Counted from the stretch's first letter, positions 12,443 through 25,396 are shown. The stretch is DNA of 64,000 nt from Curvularia clavata (GCA_023920165.1 CP089278.1:744001-808000), one strand, 5' to 3'. Notes: generated by a model not told the origin, from the sequence alone. Numbers and translations are program-made.

Positions 12443-14856
12443 ATGGCAATGAGCGCCTCACACTCTCGGCCTGCCAATGGCCTGTCGCTCCCCGCGCTGC
12501 GCCTGGCCTTCATCGCCCTGTGCCATGCATTCGCGCCCATGGTTACCGCGCTTCCTATGCCCTTTGGCGGCATCATCACCACCCTCCACGAGGCTGACGA
12601 CGACCTGCCCAAGGACGCCGACGACCCGCAGCTCTGGCTCTTCCTGGGCATTGCTGTCGCGTTGGTTCTCGCTGGTGGTGTCTTCGCCGGTCTGACCATC
12701 GCGTGAGTTGAACCCGTCCTCCACCTGCCCCCCCTGCTAACAGCTTCTTTATAGCTTGATGGGACAGGATGAAATCTACCTCCAGGTACTTGCTTCGTCT
12801 GGCGAGAAACACGAGCGTAAGAACGCGAAGAAGGTGCTCAAGCTGCTTGAGCGAGGCAAGCATTGGGTTCTGGTCACATTGCTTTTGAGCAACGTCATCA
12901 CAAACGAAACACTTCCTATTGTGCTCGACCGGTCTCTTGGTGGAGGATGGCCTGCCGTTGTTAGCTCCACGGTGCTTATTGGTACCGTCTTTCCATTCTC
13001 TGCTCTTGTTGATCACGTCTAATGTCTACTAGTCATCTTCGGAGAGGTCGTTCCTCAGTCGATATGCGTTCGCTACGGATTGCCCATTGGCGCCGCCATG
13101 GCTCCTATTGTCCTCGGACTCATGTACATCATGGGCATTGTCGCTTGGCCTACTGCCAAACTCCTCGATTTCCTCCTCGGCGAGGACCACGGCACTGTGT
13201 ACAAGAAGGGTGGGCTGAAGACCCTGGTCAGTTTGCACCAGTCTCTGGGACTAGAGCATGAACGCCTCAACGAAGATGAGGTTACCATCATCACTGCAGT
13301 TCTGGATCTCAAGGCCAAGGCTGTCGGTAACATCATGACGCCCATGAAGGATGTCTTCACCATGTCGTCCGACACAGTCTTGGACGAGAAGATGATGGAT
13401 AGCATCCTCTCTGCAGGATACTCACGTATTCCTATTCACACGCCTGAGAACGAAAACAACTTCGTTGGTATGCTGCTCGTCAAGATGCTCATCACGTACG
13501 ACCCTGAGGATGCACTGCGCGTCCGTGACTTTGCCCTAGCCACCCTTCCCGAGACACGCCCCGAGACGAGCTGCCTGGACATTCTCAATTTCTTCCAAGA
13601 GGGCAAATCCCACATGGTCTTGGTCTCTGAATATCCCGCAGAGGCTCGTGGTGCTGTCGGTGTTGTGACTCTCGAGGACGTCATCGAGGAGCTCATTGGC
13701 GAGTAAGTCAACACACTTGACACAATCTCAAAAACCTACTAACAGCAACAGGGAAATCATCGACGAGTCAGATGTCTTCATTGACGTTCACAAAGCCATT
13801 CGTCGCATGGCACCTGCTCCCCGCGCCCGTGTTCCCCGAGGTAAGATCGTTAGCGACATGTCACGCAAGACCTCTGAGGCGCTGGCTACTGACACTGAAA
13901 CGGATGGCGAGCAAAATGGCGCGCCGGCACAGCGCAACAGGTCACTGCCAAATATGCCTGACAATCATATCAAGCCCTCATTTGTACTTCGACGACGTAG
14001 CAGCGGTAGTAAGACGGGCATGTCACCCCTACGTAGTGACGATCCTGCCGTTTTGGAACACCTCAAGCATCTCGGTCCTTCAAACGCTGCTACTCGACCC
14101 AAACAAACACGCATCAACACCGTCAAGATTAAGCCTGGCTCCACCACGACAGGTCCCGACATCCCGAAGACGATACCGGAACATGACCAAGCTCCAACTG
14201 AAACTACACAGACCGAAGGTGTCATCACGCAAGATTCGCATGCCCCTGAAGGCGGAGTCGGCGAAGGCCTTCTTTCTTCTGCAGGCCGTGAGGCTAGCGA
14301 CGGAGTCCACAGCGTGGCTGTGGGATATGGCACTATGGCATCAAGTGTTGACCGTATGTCGTGGAGATCTGGCCGTTCTGGGCGTTCTGCAAGGTCTGGT
14401 GCGGCGGAGCGTGACTACGAGAATACCTCACCTAAGAGCAAAACTCATGATGACGAGACTTCGCATCTGCTAGCCAAGAGCGACGACCATCAGAATGGTC
14501 ATTCAAGAGGCCGATCCCGATCCGTTAGCACCATAGCTTCCTTGCACTCAGTTCCTACACCGGCGCACAGCCCCGTTCGACGCCATACTGCTCGAAGTGG
14601 CAGCATCTCCGAGAACGTCGTAGACGTCGATGGTATCAAGAAAATTGTTCTTGAAACCACTAGTTCTAGCGATTCAGAAGGCAAGGGTGCTGGCAGCCGC
14701 GCCGGCACACATGAGGACAACAAGCATTCGGAAGCTGAGTCCTCACACAACGGCGGCAAAGGAGCGAGCAAAAAGAAGAGGAAGAAGCGTGGTAAGAAGA
14801 AGAAGGGAGGTGCTGCAGACGGCCACGAATCGCAACCTCTGCTCGGAGACAAGTAA
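12443..14856 (+). CDS. MAM3: CNNM/DUF21 + tandem CBS domain metal-homeostasis membrane protein (Mam3-like)
   Basis: [80 protein letters not shown]; acidic-dileucine tail ESQPLL; introns near 12703, 12982 and 13703. Confidence 0.88.
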
Positions 14857-15432
14857 TCTACTCCTCTCTGTGGCACAGTGTTAATGCATCTTGTGAACAG
14901 GTATTCTGAGTAACGTGGAGATTTCTTTTTTCAACCGTGTTGTACCTGGGCAAGTCAATCGACACAAGTCGGCATCTTCTTCCTACTCGTTCTGCGCTCG
15001 CGAAATGGATGAAAATATTTGGCATCACTAAGTTTCTGGGTTTGCGTCTCTTTTCTTCGGTTCCTGTCATTGTACGATTAAGTCGGGGGTGAGCATTTTT
15101 TTTTAAAACCATGATATTGGGTGCTGTCATTGCGAGTATAGCAATACAATGTTGCGCTTCATGTTTGCTGACTCTTGATTTTGATTGCAGTGACTTTGCG
15201 GTAACACTATCCACAGCTTGTCCTTTTTTTTCTGCATGTGAGAGAGCCCTGAGCGTGTTTTTTTCTCATCAATTTTCTATCTTGTTTTTTTCCTGCTTCT
15301 TCAACAATATCCAAATCTATTCCAACCAAACTCATCAGTTTCCAGTTGAGAGCCGCCCGTGCGAAAATCAACCTCAAAATAACAGGAAAATAAAAATTCT
15401 CCCTCATAACAGAAAGATTCTTTCAACCGCCA

Positions 15433-18400
15433 TTAGTCAAAAAGCCCATATTTCATCTTCTTCCGTGGCTTCTTCGCCTGTGAAGCAGGAGCAAGCTCCT
15501 CAAACCCCACCTCTGCATCCACCAGCTCCCTTGCTACTTTCCACACCTCCCTCTTCGCCTCATCCTCGACTATACCTTCCAACCACGCATTGGCCTTCTC
15601 AACCACCAACTCCCACGTATCTTCCTCGTCTGGCATTTTCTTTTGTAGGAAAACGACGACGAGGGCGGTCGCGAGAAGCTTTTCAGCTGAGCCTGCGTCG
15701 GGTGCTATGCCGTTGGCGAGAAGGGATTCCGATGCGGTTTGTGCGGAGGAAGGAGAGACACGGAGGTTGCTGAGGGGGAGGGTGGCGAGGGAGGGCCAGG
15801 GGCCGGAGAAGGTTTGGAGGGAGATGAGGTGGTGGAGGAGGGAGGTGGATGTGGGCACTGGGTTGGGTTAGTCACTTCTTGGTTCACAGTTTCGAGGAAT
15901 TTGTAGGTTGGGAAGTGAATGGAAAGCTGGGGGGAAAGGTATGGGAGTAGTAAGGGCTGGCTAGACTTACCTGGCGAGTTCTCCTCCTCCTCTGATTCTT
16001 CGTCTGACTCTTCCTCTTCCTTTTCTTCTTCGCGGGAGTATTCTGCGTCGTCGATTTCGGCTTCGACATCAATAAACATGTTGCGGCTTGCCTTCTTTCT
16101 CGCTGGGGGTGGGGCCTGAGAAGTATCAGCAGCTGGAACTTTGAACATCTTATTTCGCGTGTAGACTTACTGCAAAACACGCATCCTCATCATCATCGAA
16201 CAGGCCGAAGCCCATATCATCGTCTGAATCGTCGGATTCTTCGGTATGCGGGGGCGGGGGCAGGGGTGCTGGTTTCGTTACTGACTGCGACTTCAAGCCG
16301 ACCTTCAATCTAGCACCAAATGTTGACATGTCGCCGCCTCGATTCCCTCCTCTGCCTCTGGCTCGTCCCACTCCTCGTACTCGTCTTGACGTACCTGCGC
16401 TTCCATAACCGGTTGCGATGATGTTGTTAGCACCCATATACCGTCGATAACCCTGCGAACTGCGTTCTGGGGCTGGTGATGGGAAGGTTAGAACTTGGGG
16501 ACTGAATGTAGGGCAGGGCGTATAATTACGTGTCTCGAGCATCTCCCAATCCTCTTTGTCTTCATCTTTGCCGTCAATCTTTCGATTTGTCATTGCTTCC
16601 AGGGCTTTTTGACGTTTGTTCAAAATCTCGGCTTCGTTGGCTTCGACAGCAACAAACGAACAGTATTTTCCGCCTACTTGGAACTCTACTCCAAGACGAA
16701 CAGCTTCGCGTCGTGCAAGTCGGGCGTACATGCTGCCTTGCTTCTTTTTAAGCAGCTCACCAGTGTCATCAAGAATAGCGTCTGAGAGCCAGCCTTGGTC
16801 TTCTTCGAGTTCTTTGGTTGCTTTGCGTGCTGCGAGCTGGTGGATCATCTCGTCGGCATCTTTGCGCGGTTTGACTGGAATCTCGAGCTCGAGGGGACCC
16901 TGTGGGGAAGTGGCCTTGAGGACCACGCTCTTTGGTTGGAGGTGCGAAGACTCAGGGGCCATGAGCAGGTAAACACAAGTGCGATTGAACGGGAAAAGCG
17001 CGGGGATTTTGTGAGGTGTCTGCAAGAGCGTAGGGCGCTTGAGATCTGGAAGCCCTGCAAAGATGTCCTCGATTTCATCCTCTTTTGGATGCTCTTCCTT
17101 AGCGTCAGCGTCGTATAGTGAAATGGGCTGAGTCTGGGTCTGAGCCTTGTCGTTGGTGCTGTCTGCGTCTCCTATGTTCAGGCGTACGCGGAGACTATCA
17201 GCGACAGTGTCTACGCTGTCGTCTTCATACTTGACTTCAAGACGGTAGTCATTGATGTGTGGAGTAAGCGCTCCTTTCAACTAGAAAGAATATCAGTTGT
17301 GTTTTCATATACGAACTCAACCCGGGTACTCACCATGCGGACAATCTTGACATCCATCTTCTCGTTGGTTGCGACCATCTGGGCGAAGCCCCCGCCTGCT
17401 CGTGCGACGCCCTCAATCAACGAGCTCGAAACACCACTACCAATACCCAAGGGAAAGACCCTGACATCGCCAGCCTTAGTTTCTTGCCTGACATAATTGA
17501 AGAACTCCTCTTGCTGCCATATGTCGCCGTCAGTGAGCAAAATCAACTCGGTTGGGCTGTCAGTACTGCGATGTTTGAAACATCCTCGGACAGCAGCCAA
17601 AGTCTCTGTTCCACCAAAATCTGCCTGGAAAGTGTCGACATGCCTGTGGAAAGTTAGTATAGTGCTCAAGGAGTATTGATCGTGTTCATGGATCACGATT
17701 CCTGGGTAAAATTACTTACTTCAGAGCCTCGGTCAGCGTATCCTCATCATAGAGCTTGCTTTTGTCCCAAAGGAACCGATGTCCAGATCCAAAAGAGCAA
17801 ATGTTGAATGTACAACCGAGGGGTATCGACTTCAAAAACACCTTCAGTGCCGCCTTGAGAGTTACCATGCTTGATCCTTCCATGCTCCCAGAGCGATCTG
17901 CAATTAGTATGATCTCTGGTCTCTCTGATTTGAGGTTGAACCTAGGTACCAGCGTAGCCATCAAAGCGCGCTGGTTTGGCAGTGTCGGGTGAGTCTCCAG
18001 AGTCGCCTGTGGAGCACCGACGTCCTTTGCAACCACCTGGAGGACAAAATCCTGCTTGAGCTCCACGGTGTCAAGGGCGAGCGTGGCCGAACCCCGAGTG
18101 AGTGATTGCTCTTCATCTGAAGTACTAGTGGACAGTGAACCGAGTGTGACCTGAATGGGATGGGATGGAGAGATGATCTTTTTGATAGGCGCTCCCTCAA
18201 CCATATCGATATCGACCGTAATTGTCATGCCCCTGGAATTGATCGCTTCAGGTGCTGTTTTCAGAGAACCGGGATAGTCACCATAGCGCGGAGCAATATG
18301 TGTTGGAATGTTAAGGCGCACGCCATCGACTTCGGCATCGTGTTTAAGTTCCTGTACATATTTGACGGTAACCTGCACAGATGCGTCCTTGGGAATATTG

Positions 18401-18813
18401 CTGATTGTGGTTGTGAATACATCTGCAGCGTCAGGTAGCTGCTCTAGCAGCGCGGCGTTTTCTCCACGATCCTTGGCCTCTTTGTATGTTTTTCTGGCTT
18501 CGTTCTTTTCTTTCACTAGACCATAAATCGTGCGCTCACCGATTTGGCAGAAGAAATCTACGATGCTGACACCATCGTACAACGGGAAAGAATATCTGTT
18601 ACCAGGAATCAGTTATGTACATACCTTGAAAGAAAGGAGAAGAACCTACTTGATCTCCTGCAGAGATTCGTTCGAGTCGTTCATGAAAGTCTGCGTTAGT
18701 ACCGTCCGGGAAGCTGTCGATAAGATAGTTGTGTGAGCGTCAAGCTTGATCTGTGGCAAGTAGCTCCGCCCGTGATGCGAGCTGTAGACGTAACACCCGC
18801 AAATGTGAGACAT
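15433..18813 (-). CDS. VIT (vault inter-alpha-trypsin) + von Willebrand factor A domain protein (VWA5A/ITIH-like), multi-exon
   Basis: VIT: YSFPLYDGVSIVDF..GLVKEKNEARKTY..ALLEQ..DVFTTTISNIP. vWA MIDAS: DRSGSM, GGTE, LTDG. C-terminal LISLQTFSGPW block. Canonical introns include 16473-16529, 16116-16170 and 15858-15970, and the frame is preserved across them. Confidence 0.88.
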
Positions 18814-20172
18814 GATGAATATGGTTCTCGCTCAACGAGGGCAAGATTTCGTTACAAGCCAATGATGATTTATGCCGCGAATGGCGTCGCCGTTATAAAA
18901 GACACTATATCTTGAGATGGAGAGATGGATTGCAACCAAGAGAGTAAAGATACGGAGAAGGACTCGTTGCTCTATATATACTTACTGCTGTTGGCTGCCT
19001 AATACCTGGGTCTTGGCAAAGTTACTGTACCAAGAACCCCAGCTCAGCTCGGACAATCAGTAAAACCGCGAATAGGCCACCAAGCGGTAATCCCTACCAA
19101 AACTCGACACTTTTAACACGAAATATCAAAACAACTACAGACTTCTTTTAGAATCGAATACACTAGATTTAGTATTTATATTGAGATTTGATATATATTA
19201 GGTTTTAAAGAATTAAAAATGAAAACAGAGCACTGGACTTCTGTTGGAATCAAGCGCCCGTATAAAGCCACCGTGCTGCCACTATGGTTTTTTCGCGGTT
19301 TTACCGATTGTCCGAGAGCTCAGATCATTACCCTGATGCTCCACGGAAAGCACGTGACACTGTTCCGTCCCTGTATTATAAACATAAACATTGGATGTGT
19401 GAGTCAAAGGATATTACCAGGGTCAAGATGTGCTGGAATCGAGGTTTGTAGTTGTTATGGCAGACCCGAGTCGTTGGGAGGAATGAGTCAGGCCTTCCAC
19501 TAAGCAGCAAGCCGCTCCAAGCTCACCGGTATGCTGTTTACATGTTCCCTCGGCTGTGGGTTAGGATTCCCGAATCCTTTGCCTTAAAGTGACTCATTTT
19601 GGATCATACTTGGGCCCTTGTTTCCTAAACTTGCTCAAATTCCAGAATTCGCGATGGGGACCATTACATGGCGTGGCACGCTTTCTAGACGCCGTACCCG
19701 AATCCAGTAGTATAAGTACCATGACGCAACAAATAAACAATTCACAACTGTGAGAAACTGGAGTCGATTGGAACAAGACATCGGTTCAAGGTTAGTGAAT
19801 TCGTTCGCTTGATTGATTTGGGAACTGTGCAATGGTCTTGATGAGAACGTGGCGATTTTGCAGGCACCACCCATCTGTGCGTTACAAAATCTTGGCGCCT
19901 GTTTTAGAGCTCGACGCTTCAAGATTAACATACTCGTTTCACCGACTGCTTGCTGTATCTACACGTCGCGACTTTCAACTGTGTTGTTTAGAAGAAGGGA
20001 AGGATCAGCCGAAGTGTCTCATCACCCGTGTTCTCAGACGGTGATTGTGTCATGACGTCAATCCTCATCGCACATTCTGAAACGCTACATTTGTCCATAA
20101 CGATATGAGATTCATTTGAGATCTGAACATCTGTTCTCCCTTCTGCATGTTGTAATCAGTTTCTTTCTCACT

Positions 20173-21240
20173 ATGGATATTCCTGGATACAATGCGGTGG
20201 TGACTTACACCACGCCACCTAACAACTATGTCGGCGCCACGGTATTCCTCTCCTACATTGTCGCTGCATTATATGTGTCATTCACAATTACGTGGTCTCT
20301 CTACTCTCAATACACCAGCATATTCAACGCACCAGCCTCGAAGAAAGATGAAAAACTCGATGCAGCTCGCACGGCGCGGGCACGACACATTAAAATCTAC
20401 GCCTTCCTTGCTTCTTTGAGCTTTGCGTCCATATCGTACCATATGCTCATGTTTCTCGTAACGCACTACCTAGAATGGAGCGGGAACAAGACTCAAGGCC
20501 TAAGCGATGTAAAGATAGAACAATTCAAGAGATGGATGCTGGAGTCGACTCTATTCCAGGACTTTGCCCAGGATTTAGTTAAGAACGCGCCCAACGCAGT
20601 GTGGACTCAAACCGCAATTCTGGCAACGTGGTTCTGGACTATCTACGTGGCTCAGAGAGGTGAGATGAATCACATGACCCGGGTGTCAATGTCTGCTAAC
20701 AAACATGTAGCGAGAGCACGCAGATACGACGCATCCGTGATGCGCACCTACACGCTGCTGAGCCAGATTCTCCCCATGTCTTTTACAGTCTTGCTCTTCC
20801 TTATTCAACTTCATCTCTCATCTCCAGACATCCAATCTGCGAAGATTGCGCAGGATCCGGCCAAGTCCAGCTCTGTACCAAAACGACGCAAACCGATAGC
20901 TTCGTTGCAGATCCCCAATATCCTGCTCAATGCCTCTCTACTGGCTCTCCCGGCTCTTCGCACAAATTCCGTTTTCAGTGTCCTTCTACTCATGCAGCGA
21001 TCAATACTGCTTCTACCGCATTTTTCATTCATGAGTCTCAGAGACGCCGACGTGGTCAAGTGCATTACGGTCTCTGGAGGATTTGTTGTTGCAAACCTAG
21101 CCATGTTGAAAAAGGATCTGGGTGTTGGCGGAGTTTTGGGATCCCTTGGAGACGGTGGCTATGCGATCAAAGCATTAAGTTGGGATGCGATATTTGGCTT
21201 GGTAACCTACGCAGTGTTAGGATGGGCTGGTGGTGTTTGA
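20173..21240 (+). CDS. Fungal multi-pass membrane protein of unknown function
   Basis: Long ORF with several hydrophobic segments (VGATVFLSYIVAALYVSFTITWSL; YAFLASLSFASISYHMLMFL; SQILPMSFTVLLFLIQL); probable in-frame intron ~20660-20710. Confidence 0.75.
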   Translation: MDIPGYNAVVTYTTPPNNYVGATVFLSYIVAALYVSFTITWSLYSQYTSIFNAPASKKDEKLDAARTARARHIKIYAFLASLSFASISYHMLMFLVTHYLEWSGNKTQGLSDVKIEQFKRWMLESTLFQDFAQDLVKNAPNAVWTQTAILATWFWTIYVAQRGEMNHMTRVSMSANKHVARARRYDASVMRTYTLLSQILPMSFTVLLFLIQLHLSSPDIQSAKIAQDPAKSSSVPKRRKPIASLQIPNILLNASLLALPALRTNSVFSVLLLMQRSILLLPHFSFMSLRDADVVKCITVSGGFVVANLAMLKKDLGVGGVLGSLGDGGYAIKALSWDAIFGLVTYAVLGWAGGV

Positions 21241-21750
21241 GCGGTTTAAAGGTATAGACCTACCCCATAATCTAAAGCTTGAATTACAAATTAGAGGAAG
21301 GATAGAAGCCGAAAAGACTCCAGCAATGTGCTTTGATACATAACAATCCGGACTTTAGTTTTCAATGCCCTAGCGATGCATAAAATCGACCGCTGTATGC
21401 AAGACCAAAGACATTTGAGGAGCTACCGGTATAGTGCGGCCGAGGAGAGACACCTTGCATGATGACCAGTAATAGCTAGGGATTGAATTGGATCTGCGTG
21501 ATGGCTTTCCAGGTATTTACGAGGGCTTTTCAAAGGCGGTACCAGAGGACTTTGTAGATCAGGCTCCATAACTTCCAGGAATGTTCAGACTTCGGTAGTG
21601 AACAGGAGGGCTGTGGGTCGCGCGCTCTTAGCTCAGTCTCAATTCCGTCATCGATGTGTATTTCTAAAGGATTTAGCTTGCGAAATGGCAATGATACACT
21701 TTGCCCTAGGACTAAATCCCGTCGAAATATGCCGACTTATGAGTCGCTAC

Positions 21751-23019
21751 TCAGACTACATGATCGAAGGAATCCATCATATCGACAATAAAATCCCCAA
21801 CATCATTGCTTTCTTCGGGCAACAACTGCGCCGGATGCTCAAACATTTGGCCGTTGTGTTCTGGTGCTCGAAATTGAGAAAGGAAGTGTTCGGGAGGATC
21901 GATTTGCTCTGGAAATCCGGGATTGAACGCTGTCTGTTGGTAGGAAGGCGTGTGGTAATGTAGCTGCGAATTGGCATAGGGCGGGCGGTTACGAGTGTCC
22001 ATTTGGCTTGTCAGAGCTTCAGGCAGGGTTTGTATTGACCTTGGGAATTGCGGATGGCTCTGCAGCTGCCACCCAGTGCTGATGTGGCTTGAAGCAGGCT
22101 GCGACTGCATGAAGCCGCTGTAATTTTCCAACTGGTATCCTGCAAGCACTACTGACGATCCAGGTTGTGAACGTAACTGTCCGAAACCCAAATCAGGGAC
22201 TGGATTCATACCAAACTGTGTCGATACCGGTTGAGAATAGCTTTCTCGCATTGGCACAGTTGGTGGCCCCGTTGAATACGAAATTGGGTTCCTATTCGCA
22301 TCGGCCGGCCAGTACGATTGCGACGGACCCATTGATGGAGGATTGAAGCCTTCGATGCCATGAAAGTGGGCAGGGCCAACGGGGTTTTGGGATAGAAAGT
22401 GAAGCCGCGAATCCACACTGGAGTGCATTGTTTCCAAATGAACCCTTTCTCGAACGGGATGAGAAAAGGTTACATCAGTCGACTGATTCACCACAGGCAA
22501 ACTGATTCCAGCAAGGTTGTTTGGTTGCCCTAGCCTGGTCATCCTTCTACCATCGGAAAATTGTTCATGACGCGGATATCGCTGCTCCACGTGTGGTTGC
22601 CCAGAATTTCCTGGTAATTGATGTCCCAGCCGATAGTTTGAGGGTCGTTCGCCCATTGGATAAGGAAACGATGATTGATAGATGCAACTCGTGGCTCTTC
22701 GTCCCGTGGAAACGTAGTTCGCTGACATTTGCCGATTGTAACGTGGTTTCTGGTTCTCAATAACAGAAGCATTGGGCATTCGCGCAGCAGGAATCAAGGG
22801 TCGTGGTCTGCTTTGATGCACATTAGGCCGACGACTGGGAGCCTGGCCTGAACAGCGATGGGCATCTACGCCTGAAATGCCACCATTTCCAGGATGCTGG
22901 CCATAGTTGCATCTTTGAGAACCAATTGCTGGAACATACAAAGCCTGTACAATGTTAGCCATTGAGCCTTGAAGAACATCGAACGAAGTCAAAGGCCTAA
23001 ATCCAGAATTAAAATGCAA
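21751..23019 (-). CDS. Hypothetical low-complexity (P/Q/S-rich) protein; possible upstream exon 23064-23267
   Basis: 422-codon open frame, disordered composition, no recognisable domain; exon junction not resolved. Confidence 0.45.
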   Translation of the reverse strand: MHFNSGFRPLTSFDVLQGSMANIVQALYVPAIGSQRCNYGQHPGNGGISGVDAHRCSGQAPSRRPNVHQSRPRPLIPAARMPNASVIENQKPRYNRQMSANYVSTGRRATSCIYQSSFPYPMGERPSNYRLGHQLPGNSGQPHVEQRYPRHEQFSDGRRMTRLGQPNNLAGISLPVVNQSTDVTFSHPVRERVHLETMHSSVDSRLHFLSQNPVGPAHFHGIEGFNPPSMGPSQSYWPADANRNPISYSTGPPTVPMRESYSQPVSTQFGMNPVPDLGFGQLRSQPGSSVVLAGYQLENYSGFMQSQPASSHISTGWQLQSHPQFPRSIQTLPEALTSQMDTRNRPPYANSQLHYHTPSYQQTAFNPGFPEQIDPPEHFLSQFRAPEHNGQMFEHPAQLLPEESNDVGDFIVDMMDSFDHVV

Positions 23020-25396
23020 AGCACCATAAATTAGTGATTAGTTTAGATTTTGCTAATGTCGAATTAAACAGGGTGACCTACAGAGGGATGAAAACCGGAT
23101 GACGAGTTGTTAGAAACCATGTTACTTCGGCCTATTTCCAAAATAGAGCTAGTCTGGGGAGAAGGACTTTCTTTCTGTGGAGACGTGGGATCAATAACAT
23201 CTCCCTGCGATGGTAGACGCTCCTCTTGCTTCTTAGTATGATTTCGCTTTGATCTGGAGTTGGCCATGCTTGATATTACTTTCTCTTAAAGATGTGTTAA
23301 AATTCAGGAATCCCAATTTGATTTTATAGACCATGAGCTACTGCCTAACCTCCTCCAAGAATGTCGTCTGAGTACCTTCTCAACCTTGGTTGAGTCGGAG
23401 AGATATCACGAGTATGGCGCAAGATGCTACCGAGTTTTCAGAGGAGTCAAGAGACGGCCACAAGGTATTCAAAAGATAGAGCTCGATAAGAGACGCTGTG
23501 CTCTCTCACTATTAGAAGACTTCAGCCTTGCCGACGAGTCTCCAAAATTTGCAGCATAAAGAACCGTCATATCAAGATGTGAACACAGCAGGTCACCCCC
23601 AGACAAAAAATCTATTCAAGGCAACATCACGCGAGCGAAGGGATGAAAGAAAGATAGAGACGACACGTTGGTACTCCCGGCCTTGAGCAGTAGATTCAGC
23701 TTCCCCCAAGCCCATGATTTATGCGCTCATCCTCGCGTAGCTACCTCGACCTCCCAACAACTCTCCTAACGAGGTCAGAGCGTCGCTATAGCCTTCGTGT
23801 TCATAGGCTGTGAGCCTTTCTTTCTCATGGATAAGATGCTGGTCAAGAGTGCAAGCACGCGTCCTTCATCGCCACGACACACAGCACCGCCGCAGGCTTG
23901 ACCAACAATAGCTCGCTCCGCCATACTGTCCGTGTTATTAGATGGCTCCACACATGAAAAGAATCTGGGGAGCCTTTCAGCACTGTTAAAGTCAACTCCA
24001 CCAAGCTATCTGCTCTCGCGGTTATGTAGTTCTGCACCGAGCTTCTGTGGATGCGATCTCGCTAGACATTTGGTAACTACGGATAGAGGCAAATAACCTG
24101 ACCATGAGATCCGCTTAAACAAATAGACCTATAGGAAGACGTCGAATATATCATTGTCCAATCGGACCGCTTGTATCACATGTCTCAACTGTGCTTCCAC
24201 TGTGCCTCGGACAGCCGTTCGAAGGGTCCGGTCTTTGGATGAAACGGGTATGGAAAAGACTTAACGACCTCCGAGAAGATTTCTTTATCTTTCGATCTAT
24301 TTAAGCACGTTTCGGGGAGCTTGAAACCTACTGCCTATGAATAAATCTGTCGAGAAAAGAATGTTTTTTGTCCGTTTACAGTGCACGTGATATTGGCTCA
24401 TTTCCTCTACAACACACTCCTTAGACTGTTATTACCGTATCACATCAATCATGCAGCTAACACTTGCATTGAATTAAGCTGACATTGAGATAATAGTATG
24501 CGCTTAGCCATCGAGGTGGAGACTATACTATACTTCGACTGTACCTAATATTCCCTCGCTTGATAGCACTGCGACCAAAAAAAGACTAATAAAGGTAAAA
24601 AAAGTTCGATCTAGCAGGATTTCCCTCGTCTATATTATTTTGTATGAAGAAGCCATCAAATGCTCAGATTCACTAACATCTACTATTTTTAGATCCCTAT
24701 TGACTTCCTACCGTCTCCATCCCTATACCTTCGAACCTAGAATCTATAGAATTAGACTCAAGTTCACCATAGTCACACACAAAACCTCCATCTCACACCC
24801 CCGTCACCGTCACCTCCGCTACCAGATCCATCGTCTAATGGATCCACTTCACAAAACGCGCCACTCATACACATACAACCAACCCCACTTCTGAGGCGAA
24901 AAAAGGTGAATAGTACCACAAAATCACAAACCCCCATAGTCTCACGATCCCGTACCTAAACCCCAAAAAATGTCTAAATAAAATGAAATGAAAACAGAGC
25001 GAGACGAGCGCATGAAGATGACAACATCATACTCCCCAATATCACCACAACGCATCCTGAGCACAACACCTAGGGGAAAGCGATTTGGAAAAGCTAGGAT
25101 AACGGTCAGAATCTCTCTGCAATGAGTCAAATAAAAATATATTTACGTAGACAACGTATTGCTGAAAACTTAGATGAAACTGAACTGACACTGTAGCGAC
25201 AAAGTGCAGACACTGAACCGCAATCATCAGCTCTTTGCCTGTGTTCTGTGATCGTATATATCAATACCAGTATCACTTCACAAAAAGAAAACGGCTGATG
25301 TATGCTCCTTTTTTACATTATCTACTTAACATTTCAACGTCATTTATGAATCATTTACTATGCCAGTCCTCTCAGGAAAGCGTCTTCAACAACGCT

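Noticed and set aside
15111..15773. 220-aa plus-strand ORF
   Set aside because: Antisense to the last VIT-vWA exon and running through T-rich 3' UTR sequence; shadow ORF.
19100..19230. AT/TpA-rich patches (also ~24500-24760 and ~33960-34250) as RIP-degraded transposon relics
   Set aside because: No transposase remnants, terminal repeats or second copies visible; cannot be supported without a repeat library.
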